Below, piece by piece: positions 46,801 to 63,100 of a stretch of DNA of 64,000 bases. Made by a program: the position numbers and the translations under genes. Below the pieces are notes generated by a model. It did not search any database, had not been told where the DNA came from, and worked only from the letters and a program-made list of their open reading frames with translations. This DNA is from the human T2T-CHM13v2.0 reference genome, Homo sapiens. The stretch is from the NCBI RefSeq assembly GCF_009914755.1, contig NC_060937.1, one strand, 5' to 3'. Positions within the stretch are counted from its first letter, which is position 1. Every line of letters starts with the position of its first letter.

Positions 46801-49800
46801 TATATACTGTACATAAAATATGAAATTACATCAAATATATATTAGGTACATAAAATATGAAAGTACATCAAATATAGATTATATACTGTACATATAATAT
46901 CAATGTACCCCAAATATATATTTTATACTCTACATGAAATATCAAATTTCACAAACCATACTTTATATACTGTACATAAAATATCAAAGTACACAAGGTA
47001 CATATTCTATACTGTACAAAAAATATCAAAGTACCCAAAGCATGTATTATATACTGTACATAAAATATGAAAGTACATCAAATATATATTTTATTCTGTA
47101 CATAAAATATCAAAGTACACCAGATATATATTCTATAGTGTACATAGAATATCAAAGTACCCAAACTATACATTATATACTGTACATAAAATATGAAATT
47201 ACATCAAATATATATTAGGTACATAAAATATGAAAGTACATCAAATATAGATTATATACTGTACATAAAATATCAAAGTACCCCAAATATATATTTTATA
47301 CTCTACATGAAATACCAAAGTTCACAAACCATATATTATATACTGTACATATAATATCAAAGTACCCAAGGTATATATTCTATACTGTACAAAAAATATC
47401 AAAGTACCCAAAGCATGTATTATATACTGTACATAAAATATGAAAGTACATCAAATATATATTTTATTCTGTACATAAAATATCGAAGTACACCAGATAT
47501 ATATTCTATAGTGTACATAAAATATCAAAGTACCCAAACTATACATTATATACTGTACATAAAATATGAAATTACATCAAATATATATTATATTAGGTAC
47601 ATAAAATATGAAAGTACATCAAATATAGATTGTATACTGTACATAAAATATCAAAGTACCCCAAATGTATATTATGTACTCTACATGAAATATCAAAGTT
47701 CACAAACTATATATTATAAACTGTACATAAAATATCAAAGTACCCAAGGTATATATTCTATACTGTATAAAAAATATCAAAGTATCCAAAGCATGTATTA
47801 TATACTCTATATAAAATATGAAAGTACATTAAATATATATTTTATTCTCTACATAAAATATCAAGTACACCAGATATATATTCTATAGTGTACATAAAAT
47901 AACAAAGTACACAAACTATAAATTATATACTGTACATAAAATATGAAATTACATCAAATATATATTAGGTACATAAAATATGAAAGTACATCAAATATAG
48001 ATTATATACTGGACATATAATATCAATGTACCCCAAATATATATTTTATACTCTACATGAAATATCAAAGTTCACAAACCATACTTTATATACTGTACAT
48101 AAAATATCAAAGTACCCAAGGTATATATTCTATACTGTACAAAAAATATCAAAGTACCCAATGCATGTATTATATACTGTACATAAAATATGAAAGTACA
48201 TCAAATATATATTTTATTCTGTACATAAAATATCAAAGTACACCAGATATATATTCTATAGTGTACATAAAATATCAAAGTACCCAAACTATACATTATA
48301 CACTGTACATAAAATATGAAATTACATCAAATATATATTAGGTACATAAAATATGAAAGTACATCAAATATAGATTATATACTGTACATAAAATATCAAA
48401 GTACCCCAAATATATATTATATACTCTACATGAAATATCAAAGTTCACAAACTATATATTATATACTGTACATAAAATATCAAAGTACCCAAGGTATATA
48501 TTCTATACTGTACAAAAAATATCAAAGTACCCAAAGCATGTATTATATACTGTACATAAAATATGAAAGTACATCAAATATATATTTTATTCTGTACATA
48601 AAATATCAAAGTACACCAGATATATATTCTATAGTGTACATAAAATATCAAAGTACCCAAACTATACATTATATACTGTACATAAAATATGAAATTCCAT
48701 CAAATATATATTATATTAGGTACATAAATATGAAAGTACATCAAATATAGATTATATACTGTAGATAAAATATCAATGTACCCCAAATATATATTTTATA
48801 CTCTACATGAAATACCAAAGTTCACAAACCATATATTATATACTGTACATAAAATATCAAAGTACCCAAGGTATATATTCTATACTGTACAAAAAATATC
48901 AAAGTACCCAAAGCATGTATTATATACTGTACATAAAATATGAAAGTACATCAAATATATATTTTATTCTGTACATAAAATATCAAAGTACACCAGATAT
49001 ATATTCTATAGTGTACATAAAATATCAAAGTACCCAAACTATACATTATATACTGTACATAAAATATGAAATTACATCAAATATATATTATATTAGGTAC
49101 ATAAAATATGAAAGTACATCAAATATAGATTATACACTGTACTTTAAATACCAAAGTACCCCAAATATATATTTTATACTGTACATCAAATATCAAAGTT
49201 CACAAACTATATATTATATACTGTACATAAAATATCAAAGTACCCATGGTATACATTCTATACTGTACAAAAAATATCAAAGTACCCAAAGCAAGTATTA
49301 TATACTGTACATAAAATATGAAAGTACATCAAATATATATGTTATTCTGTACATAAAATATCAAAGTACACCAGATATATATTCTATAGTGTACATAAAA
49401 TATCAAAGTACCCAAACTATACATGATATACTGTACATAAAATATGAAATTTCATCAAATATATATTAGGTACATAAAATATGAAAGTACATCAAATATA
49501 GATTATATACTGTACATATAATATCAATGTACCCCAAATATATATTTTATACTCTACATGAAATATCAAAGTTCACAAACAATACATTATATACTGTACA
49601 TAAAATATCAAAGTACCCAAGGTATATATTCTATACTGTACAGAAAATATCAAAGTACCCAAAGCATGTATTTTATACTGTACATAAAATATGAAAGTAC
49701 ATCAAATATATATCTTATTCTGTACATAAAATATCAAAGTACACCAGATATATATTCTATAGTGTACATAAAATATCAAAGTACCCAAACTATACATTAT

Positions 49801-52800
49801 ATACTGTACATAAAATATGAAATTACATCAAATATATATTAGGTACATAAAATATGAAACTACATCAAATATAGATTATATACTGTACATAAAATATCAA
49901 AGTACCCCAAATATATATTATATACTCTACATGAAATATCAAAGTTCACAAACTATATATTATATACTGTACATAAAATATCAAAATACCCAAGGTATAT
50001 ATTCTATACTGTACAAAAAATATCAAAGTACCCAAAGCATGTATTATATACTGTACATAAAATATGAAAGTACATCAAATATATATTTTATTCTGTACAT
50101 AAAATATCAAAGTACACCAGATATATATTCTATAGTGTACATAAAATAACAAAGTACATAAACTATAAATTATATACTGTACATAAAATATGAAATTACA
50201 TCAAATATATATTAGGTACATAAAATATGAAAGTACATCAAATATAGATTATATACTGTACATAAAATATCAATGTACCCCAAATATATATTTTATACTC
50301 TACATGAAATATCAAAGTTCACAAACCATATATTATATAATGTACATAAAATATCAAAGTACCCAAGGTATATATTCTATACTGTACAAAAAATATCAAA
50401 TTACCCAAAGCATTTATTATATACTGTACATAAAATATGAAAGTACATCAAATATATATTTTATTCTGTACATAAAATATCAAAGTACACCAGATATATA
50501 TTCTATAGTGTACATAAAATATCAAAGTACCCAAACTATACATTATACACTGTACATAAAATATGAAATTACATCAAATATATATTATATTAGGTACATA
50601 AAATATGGAAGTACATCAAATATAGATTATATACTGTACATAAAATACCAAAGTACCCCAAATATATATTTTATACTGTACATGAAATATCAAAGTTCAC
50701 ACACTATATATTATATACTGTACATAAAATATCAAAGTACCCAAGGTATATATTCTATACAAAAAATATCAAATTACCCAAAGCATTTATTATATACTGT
50801 ACATAAAATATGAAAGTACATCAAATATATATTTTATTCTGTACATAAAATATCAAAGTACACCAGATATATATTCTATAGTGTACATAAAATATCAAAG
50901 TACCCAAACTATACATTATACACTGTACATAAAATATGAAATTACATCAAATATATATTATATTAGGTACATAAAATATGGAAGTACATCAAATATAGAT
51001 TCTATACTGTACATAAAATATCAAAGAACACCAAATATATATTATATACTCTACATGAAATATCAAAGTTCACAAACTATATATTATATACTGTACATAA
51101 AATATCAAAGTACCCAAGGTATATATTCTATACTCTACAAAAAATATCAAAGTACCCAAACTATACATTATATACTGTATATAAAATATGAAATTATATC
51201 AAATATATATTATATTAGGTACATAAAATATGAAAATACATCAAATATAGATTATATACTGTACATAAAATATCAAAGTACCCAAACTATACATTATATA
51301 CTGTACATAAAATATGAAATTACATCAAATAAATATTAGGTAAATAAAATATGAAAGTACATCAAATATAGATTATACGCTGTACAAAAAATATCAAAGT
51401 ACCCCAAATATATATTATATACTGTACATGAAATATCAAAGTTCACAAACTATATATTATATACTGTACCTAAAATATCAAAGTACCCAAGGTATATATT
51501 CTATACTGTACAAAAAATATCAAAGTATCCAAAGCATGTATTATATACTGTATGTAAAATATGAAAGTACATTAAACATATATTTTATTCTGTACATAAA
51601 ATATCAAAGTACACCAGATATATATTCTATAGTGTACGTAAAATAACAAAGTACACAAACTATAAATTATATACTGTATATAAAATATGAAATTACATCA
51701 AATATATATTAGGTACATAAAATATGAAAGTACATCAAATATAGATTATATACTGTACATATAATATCAATGTACCCCAAATATATATTTTATACTCTAC
51801 ATGAAATATCAAAGTTCACAAACCATACATTATATACTGTACATAAAATATCAAAGTACCCAAGGTATATATTCTATACTGTACAAAAAATATCAAAGTA
51901 CCCAAAGCATGTATTATATACTGTACATAAAATATGAAAGTACATCAAATATATATTTTATTCTGTACATAAAATATCAAAGTACACCAGATATATATTC
52001 TATAGTGTACATAAAATATCAAAGTACCCAAACTATAGATTATATACTGTACATAAAATATGAAATTACATCAAATATATATTAGGTATATAAAATATGA
52101 AAGTACATCAAATATAGATTATATACTGTACATAAAATATCAAAGTACCCCAAATATATATTATATACTCTACATGAAATATCAAAGTTCACAAACTATA
52201 TATTGTATACTGTACATAAAATATCAAAGTACCCAAGGTATATATTCTATACTGTACAAAAAATATCAAATTACCCAAAGCATGTATTATATACTGTACA
52301 TAAAATATGAAAGTACATCAAATATATATTTTATTCTGTACATAAAATATCAAAGTACACCAGATATATATTCTATAGTGTACATAAAATAACAAAGTAC
52401 AAAAACTATAAATTATATACTGTACATAAAATATGAAATTACATCAAATATATATTAGGTACATAAAATATGAAACTACATCAAATATAGATTATATACT
52501 GTACATAAAATATCAATGTACCCCAAATATATATTTTATACTCTACATGAAATATCAAAGTTCACAAACCATATATTATATACTGTACATAAAATATCAA
52601 AGTACCCAAGGTATATATTCTATACTATAAAAAAAATATCAAAGTACCCAAAGCATGTATTATATACTGTACATAAAATATGAAAGTACATCAAATATAT
52701 ATTTTATTCTGTACATAAAATATCAAAGTACACCAGATATATATTCTATAGTGTACATAAAATATCAAAGTACCCAAACTATACATTATATACTGTACAT

Positions 52801-54150
52801 AAATATGATATTACATCAAATATATATTATGTTAGGTACATAAAATATGAAAGTACATCAGATATAGATTATATACTGTACATAAAATATCAATGTACCC
52901 CAAATATATATTTTATACTCTACATGAAATATCAAAGTTCACAAACTCTATATTATATACTGTACATAAAATATCAAAATACCCAAGGTATATATTCTAT
53001 ATTGTACAAAAAATATCAAAGTACCCAAAGCATGTATTATATACTGTATATAAAATATGAAAATACATTAAATATATATTTTATTCTGTACATAAAATAT
53101 CAAAGTACACCAGATATATATTCTATAGTGTACATAAAATAACAAAGTACACAAACTATAAATTATATACTGTACGTAAAATATGAAATTACATCAAATA
53201 TATATTAGGTACATAAAATATGAAAGTACATCAAATATAGATTATATACTGTACATATAATATCAATGTACCCCAAATATATATTTTATACTCTACATGA
53301 AATATCAAAGTTCACAAACCATACATTATATACTGTACATAAAATATCAAAGTACCCAAGGTATATATTCTATACTGTACAAAAAATATCAAAGTACCCA
53401 AAGCATGTATTATATACTGTACATAAAATATGAAAGTACATCAAATATATATTTTATTCTGTACATAAAATATCAAAGTACACCAGATATATATTCTATA
53501 GTGTACATAAAATAACAAAGTACCCAAACTATAAATTATATACTGTACATAAAATATGAAATTACATCAAATATATATTAGGTACATAAAATATGAAAGG
53601 ACATCAAATATAGATTATATAGTGTACATAAAATATCAATGTACCCCTAATATATATTTTATACTCTACATGAAATATCAAAGTTCACAAACCATATATT
53701 ATATACTGTACATAAAATATCAAAGTACCCAAGGTATATATTCTATACTGTACAAAAAATATCAAAGTACCCAAAGCATGTATTATATACTGTACATAAA
53801 ATATGAAACTACATCAAATATATATTTTATTCTGTACATAAAATATCAAAGTACACCAGATATATATTCTATAGTGTATATAAAATATCAACGTACCCAA
53901 ACTATACATTATATACTGTACATAAAATATGAAATTACATCAAATATATATTATATTAGGTACATAAAATATGAAAGCACATCAAATATAGATTATATAC
54001 TGTACTTTAAATACCAAAGTACCCCAAATATATATTTTATACTGTACATCAAATATCAAAGTTCACAAACTATATATTATATACTGTACATAAAATATCA
54101 AAGTACCCATGGTATATATTCTATACTGTACAAAAAATATCAAAGTACCC
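43900..54150. repeat. Dispersed ~1.75-kb block duplication (about 43.9-45.65 kb and 52.4-54.15 kb), 8,480-bp spacing
   Basis: ORFs 43953/52433, 44444/52924, 44817/53297 and 45076/53556 are all 8480 apart. AAATATGATATTAC...TATGTTAGG occurs at 44321 and 52801. Confidence 0.88.
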
Positions 54151-57100
54151 AAAGCATGTATTATATACTGTATATAAAATATGAAAGTATATCAAATATA
54201 TATTTTATTCTGTACATAAAATATCAAAGTACACCAGACATATATTCTATAGTGTAAATAAAATATCAAAGTACCCAAACTATACATTATACACTGTACA
54301 TAAAATATGAAATTACATCAAATATATATTATATTAGGTACATAAAATATGAAAGTACATCAAATATAGATTATATACTGTACATAAAATACCAAAGTAC
54401 CCCAAATATATATTTTATACAGTACATGAAATATCAAAGTTCACACACTATATATTATATACTGTACATAAAATATCAAAGTACCCAAGGTATATATTCT
54501 ATACTGTACAAAATATATCAAAGTACCCAAAGCATGTATTAAATACTGTACATAAAATATGAAAGTACATCAAATGTATATTTTATTCTGTACATAAAAT
54601 ATCAAAGTACACCAGATATATATTCTATAGTGTACATAAAATATCAAAGTACCCAAAATATACATTATATACTGTACATAAAATATGAAATTACATCAAA
54701 TATATATTATATTAGGAACATAAAATATGAAAGTACATCAAATATAGATTCTATACTGTACATAAAATATCAAAGAACCCCAAATATATATTATATACTC
54801 TACATGAAATATCAAAGTTCACAAACTATATATTATATACTGTACATAAAATATCAAAGTACCCAAGGTGTATATTCTATACTCTACAAAAAATATCAAA
54901 GTACCCAAACTATACATTATATACTGTATATAAAATATGAAATTATATCAAATATATATTATATTAGGTACATAAAATATGAAAGTACATCAAATATAGA
55001 TTATATACTGTACATAAAATATCAAAGTACCCAAACCATACTTTATATACTGTACATAAAATATGAAATTACATCAAATTTATATTAGGTAAATAAAATA
55101 TGAAAGTACATCAAATATAGATTATACGCTGTACAAAAAATATCAAAGTACCCCAAATATATATTATATACTGTACATGAAATATCAAAGTTCACAAACT
55201 ATATATTATATACTGTACATAAAATATCAAAGTACCCAAGGTATATATTCTATACTGTACAAAAAATATCAAAGTATCCAAAGCATGTATTATATACTGT
55301 ATATAAAATATGAAAGTACATTAAACATATATTTTATTCTGTACATAAAATATCAAAGTACACCAGATATATATTCTATAGTGTACATAAAATAACAAAG
55401 TACACAAACTATAAATTATATACTGTATATAAAATATGAAATTACATCAAATATATATTAGGTACATAAAATATGAAAGTACATCAAATATAGATTATAT
55501 ACTGTACATATAATATCAATGTACCCCAAATATATATTTTATACTCTACATGAAATATCAAAGTTCACAAACCATACATTATATACTGTACATAAAATAT
55601 CAAAGTACCCAAGGTATATATTCTATACTGTACAAAAAATATCAAAGTACCCAAAGCATGTATTATATACTGTACATAAAATATGAAAGTACATCAAATA
55701 TATATTTTATTCTGTACATAAAATATCAAAGTACACCAGATATACATTCTATAGTGTACATAAAATATCAAAGTACCAAAACTATACATTATATACTGTA
55801 CATAAAATATGAAATTACATCAAATATATATTAGGTACATTAAATATGAAAGTACATCAAATATAGATTATATACTGTACATAAAATATCAAAGTACCCC
55901 AAATATATATTATATACTCTACATGAAATATCAAAGTTCACATAGTATATATTATATACTGTACATAAAATATCAAAGTACCCAAGGTATATATTCTATA
56001 CTGTACAAAAAATATCAAAGTACCCAAAGCATGTATTATATACTGTACATAAAATATGAAAGTACATCAAATATATATTTTATTCTGTACATAAAATATC
56101 AAAGTACAACAGATATATATTCTATAGTGTACATAAAATAACAAAGTAGAAAAACTATAAATTATATACTGTACATAAAATATGAAATTACATCAAATAT
56201 ATATTAGGTACATAAAATATGAAAGTACATCAAATATAGATTATATACTGTACATAAATTATCAATGTACCCCAAATATATATTTTATACTCTACATGAA
56301 ATATCAAAGTTCACAAACCATATATTATATACTATACATAAAATATCAAGGTACCCAAGGTATATATTCTATACTGTACAAAAAATATCAAAGTACACAA
56401 AGCATTTATTACTGTACATAAAATATGAAAGTACATCAAATATATATTTTATTCTGTACATAAAATATCAAAGTACACCAGATATATATTCTATAGTGTG
56501 CATAAAATATCAAAGTACCCAAACTAACAATTATATACTGTACATAAAATATGAAATTACATCAAATATATATTATATTAGGTACATAAAATATGAAAGC
56601 ACATCAAATATAGATTATATACTGTACTTTAAATACCAAAATACCCCAAATATATATTTTATACTGTACATCAAATATCAAAGTTCACAAACTATATATT
56701 ATATACTGTACATAAAATATCAAAGTACCCATGGTATATATTCTATACTGTACAAAAAATATCAAAGTACCCAAAGCATGTATTATATACTGTACATAAA
56801 ATATGAAAGTACATCAAATATATATTTTATTCTGTACATAAAATATCAAAGTATACCAGATATATATTCTATAGTGTACATAAAATAACAAAGTACACAA
56901 ACTATAAATTATATACTGTACATAAAATATGAAATTACATCAAATATATATTAGGTACATAAAATATGAAAGTACATCAAATATAGATTATATACTGTAC
57001 ATATAATATCAAAGTACCCCAAATATATATTTTATACTCTACATGAAATATCAAAGTTCACAAACTATACATTATATACTGTACATAAAATATCAAAGTA

Positions 57101-60100
57101 CCCAAGGTATATAATCTATACTGTACAAAAAATATCAAAGTACCCAAAGCATATATTATATACTGTACATAAAATATGAAAGTACATCAAATATATATTT
57201 TATTCTGTACATATAATATCAAAGTACACCAGATATATATTCTATAGTGTACATAAAATATCAAAGTACCCAAACTATACATTATATACTGTACATAAAA
57301 TATGAAATTACATCAAATATATATTAGGTACATAAAATATGAAAGTACATCAAATATAGATTATATACTGTACATAAAATATCAATGTACCCCAAATATA
57401 TATTTTATACTGTACATGAAATATCAAAGTTCACAAACCATATATTATATAATGTACATAAAATATCAAAGTACCCAAGGTATATATTCTATACTGTACA
57501 AAAAATATCAAATTACCCAAAGCATGTATTTTATACTGTACATAAAATATGAAAGTACATCAAATATATATTTTATTCTGTACATAAAATATCAAAGTAC
57601 ACCAGACATATATTCTATAGTGTACATAAAATATCAAAGTACCCAAACTATACATTATACACTGTACATAAAATATGAAATTACATCAAATATATATTAT
57701 ATTAGGTACATAAAATATGAAAGTACATCAAATATAGATTATATACTGTACATAAAATACCAAAGTACCCCAAATATATATTTTATACAGTACATGAAAT
57801 ATCAAAGTTCACACACTATATATTATATACTGTACATAAAATATCAAAGTACCCAAGGTATATATTCTATACTGTACAAAAAATATCAAAGTACCCAAAG
57901 CATGTATTAAATACTGTACATAAAATATGAAAGTACATCAAATATATATTTTATTCTGTACATAAAATATCAAAGTACACCAGATATATATTCTATAGTG
58001 TACATAAAATATCAAAGTACCCAAAATATACATTATAAACTGTACATAAAATATGAAATTACATCAAATATATATTATATTAGGAACATAAAATATGAAA
58101 GTACATCAAATATAGATTCTATACTGTACATAAAATATCAAAGAACCCCAAATATATATTATATACTCTACATGAAATATCAAAGTTCACAAACTATATA
58201 TTATATACTGTACATAAAATATCAAAGTACCCAAGGTGTATATTCTATACTCTACAAAAAATATCAAAGTACCCAAACTATACATTATATACTGTATATA
58301 AAATATGAAATTATATCAAATATATATTATATTAGGTACATAAAATATGAAAGTACATCAAATATAGATTATATACTGTACATAAAATATCAAAGTACCC
58401 AAACTATACATTATATACTGTACATAAAATATGAAATTACATCAAATATATATTAGGTAAATAAAATATGAAAGTACATCAAATATAGATTATATACTGT
58501 ACATAAAATATCAAATTACCCCAAATATATATTATATACTCTACATGAAATATCAAAGTTCACAAACTATATATTATATACTGTACATAAAATATCAAAG
58601 TACCCAAGGTATATATTCTATACTGTACAAAAAATATCAAAGTATCCAAAGCATGTATTATATACTGTATATAAAATATGAAAGTACATTAAATATATAT
58701 TTTATTCTGTACATAAAATATCAAAGTACACCAGATATATATTCTATAGTGTACATAAAATAACAAAGTACGCAAACTATAAATTATATACTGTACATAA
58801 AATATGAAATTACATCAAATATATATTAGGTACATAAAATATGAAAGTACATCAAATATAGATTATATTCTGTACATATAATATCAATGTACCCCAAATA
58901 TATATTTTATACTCTACATGAAATATCAAAGTTCACAAACCATACATTATATACTGTACATAAAATATCAAAGTACCCAAGGTATATATTCTATACTGTA
59001 CAAAAAATATCAAAGTACCCAAAGCATGTATTATATACTGTACATAAAATATGAAAGTACATCAAATAGATATTTTATTCTGTACATAAAATATCAAAGT
59101 ACCCAAGGTATATATTCTATACTGTACAAAAAATATCAAAGTACCCAAAGCATGTATTATATACTGTATATAAAATATGAAAGTACATTAAATATATATT
59201 TTATTCTGTACATAAAATATCAAAGTACACCAGATATATATTCTATAGTGTACATAAAATAACAAAGTACGCAAACTATACATTATATACTGTACATAAA
59301 ATATGAAATTACATCAAATATATATTAGGTACATAAAATATGAAAGTACATCAAATATAGATTATATACTGTACATATAATATCAATGTACCCCAAATAT
59401 ATATTTTATACTCTACATGAAATATCAAAGTTCACAAACCATACATTATATACTGTACATAAAATATCAAAGTACCCAAGGTATATATTCTATACTGTAC
59501 AAAAAATATCAAAGTACCCAAAGCATGTTTTATATACTGTACATAAAATATGAAAGTACATCAAATATATATTTTATTCTGTACATAAAATATCAAAGTA
59601 CACCAGATATATATTCTATAGTGTACATAAAATAACAAAGTACACAAACTATACATTATATACTGTACATAAAATATGAAATTACATCAAATATATATTA
59701 GGTAAATAAAATATGAAAGTACATCAAATATAGATTATATACTGTACATAAAATATCAATGTACCCCAAATATATATTTTATACTCTACATGAAATATCA
59801 AAGTTCACAAACCATATATTATATAATGTACATAAAATATCAAAGTACCCAAGGTATATATTCTATACTGTACAAAAAATATCAAATTACCCAAAGCATT
59901 TATTATATACTGTACATAAAATATGAAAGTACATCAAATATATATTTTATTCTGTACATAAAATATCAAAGTACACCAGATATATATTCTATAGTGTACA
60001 TAAAATATCAAAGTACCCAAACTATACATTATACACTGTACATAAAATATGAAATTACATCAAATATATATTATATTAGGTACATAAAATATGAAAGTAC

Positions 60101-63100
60101 ATCAAATATAGATTATATACTGTACATAAAATACCAAAGTACCCCAAATATATATTTTATACTGTACATGAAATATCAAAGTTCACACACTATATATTAT
60201 ATACTGTACATAAAATATCAAAGTACCCAAGGTAAATATTCTATACTGTACAAAAAATATCAAAGTACCCAAAGCATGTATTATATATTGTACATAAAAT
60301 ATGAAAGTACACCAGATATATATTCTATAGTGTACAAAATATCAAAGTACCCAAACAATACATTATATACTGTACATGAAATATGAAATTACATCAAATA
60401 TATATTATATTAGGTACATAAAATATGAAAGTACATCAAATATAGATTATATACTGTACATAAAATATCAAATTACCCCAAATATATATTATATACTCTA
60501 CATGAAATATCAAAGTTCACAAACTATATATTATATACTGTACATAAAATATCAAAGTACCCAAGGTATATATTCTATACTGTACAAAAAATATCAAAGT
60601 ATCCAAAGCATGTATTATATACTGTATATAAAATATGAAAGTACATTAAATATATATTTTATTCTGTACATAAAATATCAAAGTACACCAGATATATATT
60701 CTATAGTGTACATAAAATAACAAAGTACGCAAACTATAAATTATATACTGTACATAAAATATGAAATTACATCAAATATATATTAGGTACATAAAATATG
60801 AAAGTACATCAAATATAGATTATATTCTGTACATATAATATCAATGTACCCCAAATATATATTTTATACTCTACATGAAATATCAAAGTTCACAAACCAT
60901 ACATTATATACTGTACATAAAATATCAATGTACCCAAGGTATATATTCTATACTGTACAAAAAATATCAAAGTACCCAAAGCATGTATTATATACTGTAC
61001 ATAAAATATGAAAGTACATCAAATATATATTTTATTCTGTACATAAAATATCAAAGTACACCAGATATATATTCTATAGTGTACATAAAATATCAAAGTA
61101 CCCAAACTATTTATTATATACTGTACATAAAATATGAAATTACATCAAATATATATTATATTAGGTACATAAAATATGAAAGTACATCAAATATAGATTA
61201 TATACTGTACATGAAATACCAAAGTACCCCTAATATATATTTTATACGGTACATGAAATATCAAAGTTCACAAACTATATATTATATACTGTATATAAAA
61301 TATCAAAGTACCCAAGGTATATATTCTATACTGTACAAAAAATATCATAGTACCCAAAGCATGTATTATATACTGTACATAAATTATGAAAGTACATCAA
61401 ATATATATTTTATTCTGTACATAAAATATCAAAGTACACCAGATATATATTCTATAGTGTACATAAAATATCAAAGTACCCAAACTATACATTATATACT
61501 GTACATAAAATATGAAATTACATCAAATTTATATTAGGTACATAAAATATGAAAGTACATCAAATATAGATTATATACTGTACATAAAATATCAAAGTAC
61601 CCCAAATATATATTATATACTATACATGAAATATAAAAGTTCACAAACTATATATTATATACTGTACATAAAATATCCAAGTACCCAAGTTATATATTCT
61701 ATACTGTACAAAAAATATCAACGTACCCAAAGCATGTATTATATACTCTATATAAAATATGAAAGTACATCACATATATATTTTATTCTGTACATAAAAT
61801 ATCAAAGTACACCAGATATATATTCTATAGTGTACATAAAATAACAAAGTACAAAAACTATAAATTATATGCTGTACATAAAATATGAAATTACATCAAA
61901 TATATATTAGGTACATAAAATATGAAAGTACATCAAATATAGATTATATACTGTACATAAAATATCAATGTACCCCAAATATATATTTTATACTCTACAT
62001 GAAATATCAAAGTTCACAAACCATATATTATATACTGTACATAAAATATCAAAGTACCCAAGGCATATATTCTATACTGTACAAAAAATATCAAAGTACC
62101 CAAAGCATGTATTATATACTGTACATAAAATATGAAAGTACATCAAATATATATTTTATTCTGTACATAAAATATCAAAGTACACCAGATATATATTCTA
62201 TAGTGTACATAAAATATCAAAGTACCCAAACTATACATTATATACTGTACATAAAATATGAAATTACATCAAATATATATTATATTAGGTTCATAAAATA
62301 TGAAAGCACATCAAATATAGATTATATACTGTACATTAAATACCAAAGTACCCCAAATATATATTTTATACTGTACATCAAATATCAAAGTTCACAAACT
62401 ATATATTATATACTGTACATAAAATATCAAAGTACCCATGGTATATATTCTACACTGTACAAAAAATATGAAAGTACCCAAAGCATGTGTTATATACTGT
62501 ATATAAAATATGAAAGTACATCACACATATATTTTATTCTGTACATAAAATATCAAAGTACACCAGATATATATTCTATAGTGAACATAAAATAACAAAG
62601 TACAAAAACTATAAATTATATGCTGTACATAAAATATGAAATTACATCAAATATATATTAGGTACATAAAATGTGAAAGTACATCAAATATAGATTATAT
62701 AGTGTACATAAAATATCAATGTACCCCAAATATATATTTTATACTCTACATGAAATATCAAAGTTCACAAACCATACATTATATACTGCACATAAAATAT
62801 CAAAGTACCCAAGGTATATATTCTATACTGTACAAAAAATATCAAAGTACCCAAAGCATGTATTATATACTGTACATAAAATATGAAACTACATCAAATA
62901 TATATTTTATTCTGTACATAAAATATCAAAGTACACCAGATATATATTCTATAGTGTACATAAAATATCAACGTACCCAAACTATACATTATATACTGTA
63001 CATAAAATATGAAATTACATCAAATATATATTATATTAGGTACATAAAATATGAAAGCACATCAAATATAGATTATATACTGTACTTTAAATACCAAAAT

